From positions 21,244,262 through 21,308,261 of the forward strand of contig OZ316898.1 of the NCBI GenBank assembly GCA_973895155.1: a stretch of DNA of 64,000 nucleotides. Reading direction: 5' to 3'. Of the stretch, positions 57,441 through 64,000 are shown one piece after another; positions within the stretch are counted from its first letter, which is position 1, and every line of letters begins with the position of its first letter. Source of the stretch: Marsupella aquatica (lineage: Eukaryota; Plantae; Marchantiophyta). The notes under the pieces are model-generated. The model was not told where the DNA came from. It was given only the letters and a program-made list of their open reading frames with translations, and made no database searches. The position numbers were made by a program, and so were the translations under genes.

Positions 57441-60400
57441 CTACTTGTGATGCAATTGCAAAACCTGCAATACGTCACGGTGTCTAGAGAAACTCTCCAA
57501 AGGAATCACTTTGGTAAATGCGTCAGCCGGGTTGAGTTTACCATCAATCTTGACTAGCTCAAACAAATTATCAGACACAGTCTGCCTGATAAAATGGTAC
57601 CTGACGTCAATGTGCTTCACTCTGCTGTCCATCACTTGGTTCACAGCAAGGTGGAGCGCACTTTGACTATCACAATGGAGCTTCACATTCCCCTGTGGCA
57701 ATCCCATTTCAGTGATAAGTCTATCCAACCAAATCGCTTCCTTTGCTGCTTCCGCAGCTGCAACATACTCCGCTTCTGTAGTAGACTGAGCAATACACTT
57801 CTGCAAAGTAGACCTCCAACTTATGCATCCACCGCCAAGTGTGAACACGTATCCTGTTGTTGATCTCCTTCGGTCCAAATCTTGTCCATAGTCAGAATCT
57901 ACATAGCCAATCAATGATCTAGCATTCTTTGCATTCGCATCAAATAAAAGACCATGATCCACGGTACCCTTCAAGTACCTGATAATCCACTTCACTGCTT
58001 CCCAGTGTACCTTCCCTGGATTCGACATGTACCTGCTCACCTTGCCCATAGCCATGGCAAGATCAGGTCTAGTGCAAGTCATCAAATACATGAGACTCCC
58101 CACTGCCTTGTCATATGGAACCTTTGACATCAACCCCTTCTCTGTGTCATCCGTAGGACAGAACGCTGATGATAACTTGAAGTGTGGAGCCAACGGGGTA
58201 CTTACTGGCTTGCTATTCTCCATGTTGAACCTTGCAATTACCTTCCTCGCATAACTGCTCTGCGTCAACCATAGCTTGCCAGCCTCCAAGTCCCTAGTGA
58301 TCTCCATACCCAAAATCCTCTTAGCTGGCCCTAAGTCTTTCATCTTAAACTCTGCACTAAGCAGTGCCTTGAGCTTAACAATCTCAGACCTATCCTTGGC
58401 TGCAATTAGCATGTCATCCACATAAAGTACTAAAACAATGAACCCAAAGACAACATTCTTCACCGGTTTCAAATACACACAAGGGTCAAATACACTTCTG
58501 TGAAAATCTTGTGACCGAATCCAATCGTCAAACCGCTTGTTCCACTGTCTTGGTGACTGCTTCAACCCATACAAGGATTTCAGCAATCTGCAAACCAATT
58601 CCTCCTGTCCTCTCTTCACAAAACCTAGCGGTTGTCTCATGAAGATCACCTCTTCCAATGTGCCATAGAGGAAAGCTGTGACAACATCCATCTGATCTAG
58701 GAGCAGACCAAACATTACAACAAGTACACACAATAGTCGTATTATAGAGTACTTAGCAACTGGTGAGAAGACCTCATTGTAATCCACACCTTTCTCTTGT
58801 GTGAATCCCTTTGCTACCAATCTAGCCTTGTAGACCTTCGATCCACCTCCTATGGAATTATCCTTCAGCTTGTAAATCCACTTGCTGTCCACCACTTGCT
58901 GACCCTTAGGCAGCTTAACAAGCTCCCAAGTTTTGTTGTCCTTTAGTGACTGCATCTCCGTTTGCATTGCTGCAGTCCACTTCTGCTTCTCTTTTGAAGC
59001 ACTTGCCTCATGAAATGAAGAAGGTTCTCCTTCTTCCAAAATTAACGCATCACCCTCATCATCAGCTGTAAAATCATCCTCTTGCAGTTGAGATGAATCA
59101 ACCCACTGTCCATACCTTGATGGAGCGCGTACAGTGCGACCAGATGTTCTTCTAGCCGATGACTCCGGTTGATCTGCGTGTGCTGGTACAATTTGAAGCT
59201 CAACAGCATCCACTTGTTGCTCACCAGCATCAACAAACTCCTCTGGTTCCTCTGGCATAGGAACCAGCTCCATAATTGGAGCAACTCCTTCTCTCCGGTC
59301 ATGCACCTCATAACCAATCTCCCCCTCAACGAGATCCGGGATAGGAGATTTTCCTTTGTCAGTACGGGAGACCTGAGTATTCTCCCCCTCCTTCAATAAT
59401 CTGGATTCATTGAAGGAAACATCCCTACTAACAACGAGCTTACAGGCAATAGGATCCCATAGCCTATAGGCTTTCACACCACTCTGGTACCCAAGAAAAA
59501 CACATTTCCTGGAGGTAGGATCCAACTTGGTCCTATTCTGCTTTGGTGTGAGAGCATATGCATCACTTCCAAAAACTACCAAGCCATGATAGTCTGCTTG
59601 CCGCTTATAGCGCATCTCAAACGGCGTTTTGAAATTGATAGCACTAGAAGGAGAAAGATTTACCAAATAAGTTGCGGTATTGACAGCTTCTGCCCAAAAT
59701 TCTTGTGGTAAACCTGATTGGCTCAACATACTCCGTGACCGCTCCAACAGTGTCCGATTGAGCCTCTCAGCGACACCATTCTGCTGCGGAGTATAAACTA
59801 TGGTGAGATGGCGAGTTATCCCCTGTTCTGAACAGTACTCTTCAAATTCCATTGAAGTGTACTCCCCGCCGTTGTTTGACCTCAGACTCTTCACCCTTGT
59901 ATCCAAACACTTGATCGTGTTTCCAGTCTGATTCTCCACCTAGGCCTTCCACTTCTTAAAAATGGACAAGACATCAGACTTATGCGTCATGAAATAAATC
60001 CACACAAATCTTGAGTAATCATCAATAAATGATACATAGTACAACTTTCCAGAGTATGAGGGAGTCGGGGATGGACCCCACACGTCACTATGTATGTACT
60101 CAAGAACCGCTTTGGAACGATGAGTTCCAACACCAAAAGCACGACGATGCTGCTTTCCAAGAATGCAATGCTCACAAAACTCTAATTTACAAGATTGCAA
60201 ATCAGAAATGAGTCCATTCTTCCGTAAGATAGCCAAACCCTTCTCACTCATGTGGCCTAGCCGTGAATGCCACAGTTGAGTCATCTCCTCGTGAGACTTG
60301 GTTACATTGGCCTCTCCACATACAGTATTGCCCTGTAACACATACAAATTCTTTTGTCTACTCCCCTTCAAAATCACTGTCTCTCCCGACCTGACTTGAA

Positions 60401-61748
60401 GTTCACCATCAATAACGTTCCATTGATGACCATTTGAATCCAACACACCGAGTGAAATCAGATTCTTACGCATGCCAGGTACATACCTGACTCCGGATAC
60501 TGTGCGCACAGCGCCATCAAACATTTGAATCTTCACAGACCCAATTCCCTCAATTTGACAGGAGTGATCATTTCCCATCAGAACTGAACCGTTTGAAACA
60601 GAGTAAGAACTGAAAAACTCACGAATGTAACAAATATGAAAAGAGCAAGCACAATCAAGAATCCACACATCATCTGCTCTCCTAGATGACGTGCACAGGG
60701 CATACCCCCGGCTTCATAAAACATACTCATCATTGAGTAAATCAGCTTCTCCATCAGCCACATTTGCCGATGAAGTTTTCGCTGCCTTTCCCTTACAGTC
60801 TTGCTTGAAGTGTCCAACTTGGTTGCACTTCCAACATGTCACCTGCCTCCTCTGAGGGGATTTACCCTTGGACTTAGATCTGGATTTAGATCTAAACTGG
60901 GTTCTACGGTCCCCAGTTGGTCGCTGCATACTCCTCCCACGGTTAACATTGAGGGCAGCACCAGATGATGAAGGCTGTGACGTGATGTGCATCTTCTGCT
61001 GAAGATCATCACTAAGCAGAGAACTTACCACGTCATTGTATGAAATGGTATCCCTATCACGATGCAACAACACTCGTGATAGGGACTGGTAAGATGGAGG
61101 CAATGAACTAAGAAGCTACAGAGCCTTCGTCTCATTATTCAAAGTCTCCCCAAGGTTTTCCAAGTCAACGACCATGTCGTTGAAAGCATCCACATGGTCT
61201 TGCAACTTCGTACCAGATTCCTTCATCCTGAAACTCATCAGTTTGTAGGAAGTGTAGAGCCGGTTCGACAACTCCTTGCGGTGATACTTGCTCTGCAATT
61301 CCGCAAACAAGGACATGCAATCCTTATGTGCACCTAACTGCTTGATGATGGGAGGCATGAGATAGAGTGTAACACACCACACTCCCTGCTCCTGCATGCG
61401 GTCCCATTGTTTCTCATCAACATCGTCTTCACGAGTGCTCAGCAGTTGGCCCATCCCTGACGCATAGAGCACTCCCTTCACCTGCTTCTCCCATAGCAAG
61501 TAGTCAGAGCGCCCATCATACTTTGTCACTTCATACTTGGGTCCCCCAAGCTTGAAAGTCCCCATCTTCTTCTTTGGCACTACCGTGAGCTCCGGTAGTA
61601 GTACTGCTTCCTCCACCACACGCCGCACCGGTGATGGTATCGGTGTCACGTGCTCTTCCTCCTGCTCCTCTCTCTGCCCCTGAAACCGCCGCGGTGATCC
61701 TCGTGCTTCAAGTTCCACGTCTTCAAAAAATTCCTCCGAATCACTCAT
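57441..61748 (-). pseudogene. Copia gag-pol, single frame with three in-frame stops (61116, 60714, 59940)
   Basis: CWKCNQVGHFKQDC; WILDCACSFH (PR); WHSRLGH..CEHC, HSDVWGP, QQNGVAER (IN); KARLVAKG, LYGLKQSPRQW, LYVDDML (RT); YVDSD, STTEAEY, CDSQSA (RH). Confidence 0.95.
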
Positions 61749-62885
61749 ATGAGAAAATCACAAAAATTGTTGTTTTTCACAACTTCTCAAAAAACTCGAA
61801 ACTCAACACCGCCGCGTAGCCCACAAAGCTAGGAGTCCAATACTGAAAACCGAAATCAAAATCGAAATTTGACGGAAAAGTTATTCAAATTTCGGTCGAG
61901 GTGGGTAAAACCTTGGGAAACTCCCCCGTTTTGACCACCTCAGGGAATAACCGAAATACCAAGTACAACCCGTTGTCGGAATTACGATGTGATTGGTGCG
62001 CCGCGTTGCCAACTTCAATGGCTACGACCTCGCCAAAAAATAACCAAAAAAGTTACCGTTCGACGGATGAAATCTTTGTCGGACGGTCAAAAAATAGCTC
62101 TCTGGTTTTTTGGAATATTCTATGACCCTTGTACAGGCCCTGTGGGAATTTTGGAAGAACAATCGAGGGGCTGACATGTGTCCTCGAACCCCCAAAACCC
62201 CCTACCACCCTTCATCGTCGAAATCTGGTCGCGCGCGCAGAAAATACACACGGCAGAATGTACCTCTCGACACCAAACGCAAGATATCTCACTCGGGTTT
62301 TGACGAAATCAAGATCTGATTTCAGATTTGGAAACTAGACTTCGAGGCGGTGAAGATCGATATAAGAAGCACCCAAAACGAGGAAAGAACAAGGGAGAAA
62401 AAAATTGGTAAAGATGACAGATTTCTCTCAATTGCCATAGCCAATTTCGAATCAGTTTTTCAAAGAGAAAAAATGGTACCTTGTCAACAACGAATGTTGA
62501 TCAATTGCACTTGGTGCCGTCACCAATCCAACAAGGTAATTGATTTTGCTTAGCCTTCCTCTTTGCATCAAAGAGCCAATCCCGGACTCAAAACAATCGT
62601 CTTGCCTCAATCTCTCCGTTGAGTCAAAACACTTGACGCTTCTCCCTCCGAGTCGATTGCCAACTTTCTTCACAAAATCCAGAATGACAAAAACTTAGAT
62701 CTCTTTGCACCACGAGCTCCGTTCAGCGATTTCTTCACACCGTTAGAAAGCTCTTGCCCCGATCTATCCGTTGAGCCCATAAACTCCAAGTTCCATGCGA
62801 CGGAACTCCGGGAAATCCACCGACACTCAACGCTGGAAAAACCATAATGAAATCCCGTCACGAACACACGTCACCTCCCAAGCAT

Positions 62886-62897
62886 GCTCTGATACCA
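62886..62897 (-). other. Primer binding site, tRNA-iMet
   Basis: The minus strand reads TGGTATCAGAGC, 2 nt inside the 5' LTR boundary. Confidence 0.93.
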
Positions 62898-62899
62898 AT

Positions 62900-63320
62900 T
62901 GTTGAGCATAGACGACGATCGCAACGGCAAGCCCATGAACCATCCAACGCACAATAGTCGACACAAGAGATACGTGGTTCACCTCCTTGAGGCTACGTCC
63001 ACGGGAACACACAAGAGAGCTTTACTGAACTCTAAGCCCGTCGGCTATACCGAGTCTCCACAGTGTAAGCTCTCCCTATCTCTCAAGTGGCTCCATAACA
63101 ATGAGCCTTGGTTCTACCTCTCCAAGCACACATGCCTCTTATGATATAGTGTGCAACTTAGTTGTACCTAACCACATAGTTGTACCTAATCACGTAGTTG
63201 TACCTAACCACATAGTTGTACCTAATCACGTAGTTGTACCTAACCACGTAGTTGTACCAACCCACGTTGTTGTACCAACCACGTCATACCTAACCTAGAC
63301 GTAAGAGTAAATACCCAACA
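62900..63320 (-). repeat. Copia 5' LTR (421 bp)
   Basis: Appears identical to 56865-57249 except for two extra 18-bp units. Confidence 0.95.
63157..63285. repeat. 18-bp tandem repeat (cacRtagttgtacctaaY) in Copia LTR U3; shorter copy at ~57122-57213
   Basis: Directly visible tandem units. Confidence 0.9.
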
Positions 63321-64000
63321 CTGGAGTGACAATGCGGGAGCTGGTCTGAGGAACTTCAGGATTGAGAACTGTCGAGTATATGATTTTTTGAGACCCAAAA
63401 CCTCTACTCATGAGAGGCTGAACAGGATTTGGTCTCTCTCCCAACCGGAGCTGGTTTGGAATGTGGGATGGACCAAGCTATGGAGCTCTGATTTGCCAGT
63501 CAGAGGCAAGACCTTTATATGGAGGATTATTGTAGGGGGTCTTTTCTCTGGAGAGCGTGCGCTCAGAATCGATGTAAGCAATGGAGACTGCAAACTTTGC
63601 TGCGGGGTATTGGAGACTATTCCCCATATTTTTTTCAGATGTACACATGCAGTTAGAAGCTGGAGCATATGTCAGGCCTTTCTTAGTGGATTGGGTATGC
63701 CATTCGGACAAGGTCTGAATGTCTTGTTGGAGGCTGCTTGTGGGAAAGATCAGAAACAAGTTGCACAACTTTTTGTTTTGCATCAGATTCTGTGGCGACT
63801 TTGGATGGGGCGGAACACACAAATGTTCCATTTGCATGGCAGACGCTCATTTGATTTGGGCCTGGTTCTTACTGAGGCGGCTGAGAATCTGTATGCGGTT
63901 AGTCACCGTTCTCTTCCGGGTAGGAAATGCACCAGACTTCTTAGGGCCAAAACCTGGATTGATGAGAGACGTAGGGGTTGGCTCTCTTTTGGCAGCGGCT
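63321..64000 (+). pseudogene. Continuation of LINE ORF2 (C-terminal zf-RVT-like region), disrupted
   Basis: Resumes after the TSD. Trp-rich LW..L..R.K.F.WR and C..C....ET..H.F..C style sequence. Confidence 0.7.

Larger units (their letters stand above)
56865..63320 (-). mobile_element. Full-length Ty1/Copia retrotransposon (Tnt1-like)
   Basis: LTRs 56865-57249 and 62900-63320, TSD CTGGA (56860-56864 and 63321-63325), iMet PBS, and gag-PR-IN-RT-RH order. Confidence 0.97.
52481..64000 (+). mobile_element. L1-like LINE, 5'-truncated, interrupted by a Copia element, running off the window
   Basis: Starts mid-ORF1 (YPHDRACILWDT, homologous to ~24410). ORF2 resumes after the Copia TSD at 63321. 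Confidence 0.9.

Overview
This window is eukaryotic and almost entirely transposable-element DNA. The TE families look like those of non-seed land plants (bryophyte/fern-like; inferred from sequence style only). No ordinary cellular gene, RNA gene or CRISPR array is recognisable. Contents: (1) A complete, young Ty3/Gypsy element ('family A', 36738-52272, TSD TGACC) whose two LTRs are ~4.65 kb. Each LTR contains an entire ~1207-codon sense ORF (PMD/plant-transposon-like domain plus long coiled coil). Gag-protease and pol are joined by a candidate -1 frameshift signal with a stem/pseudoknot. (2) A four-level nest at 1-18753, made of three further family-A LTR copies, a related element ('family B') whose ~4.0 kb LTR carries a diverged homologue of the same LTR ORF, and an unrelated solo LTR. 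(3) A degraded Ty3 pol fragment. (4) Two L1-like LINEs of one family, one interrupted by a young Ty1/Copia element (56865-63320, TSD CTGGA). (5) A disrupted ~4.6 kb minus-strand gene (30888-35490) fusing zinc fingers/DUF3505-like, tyrosine-recombinase-like and RecQ-helicase domains, an architecture otherwise familiar from fungal telomere-linked helicases. The most novel candidates are the LTR-encoded large protein conserved across two retrotransposon families and the putative tyrosine-recombinase/RecQ mobile element.
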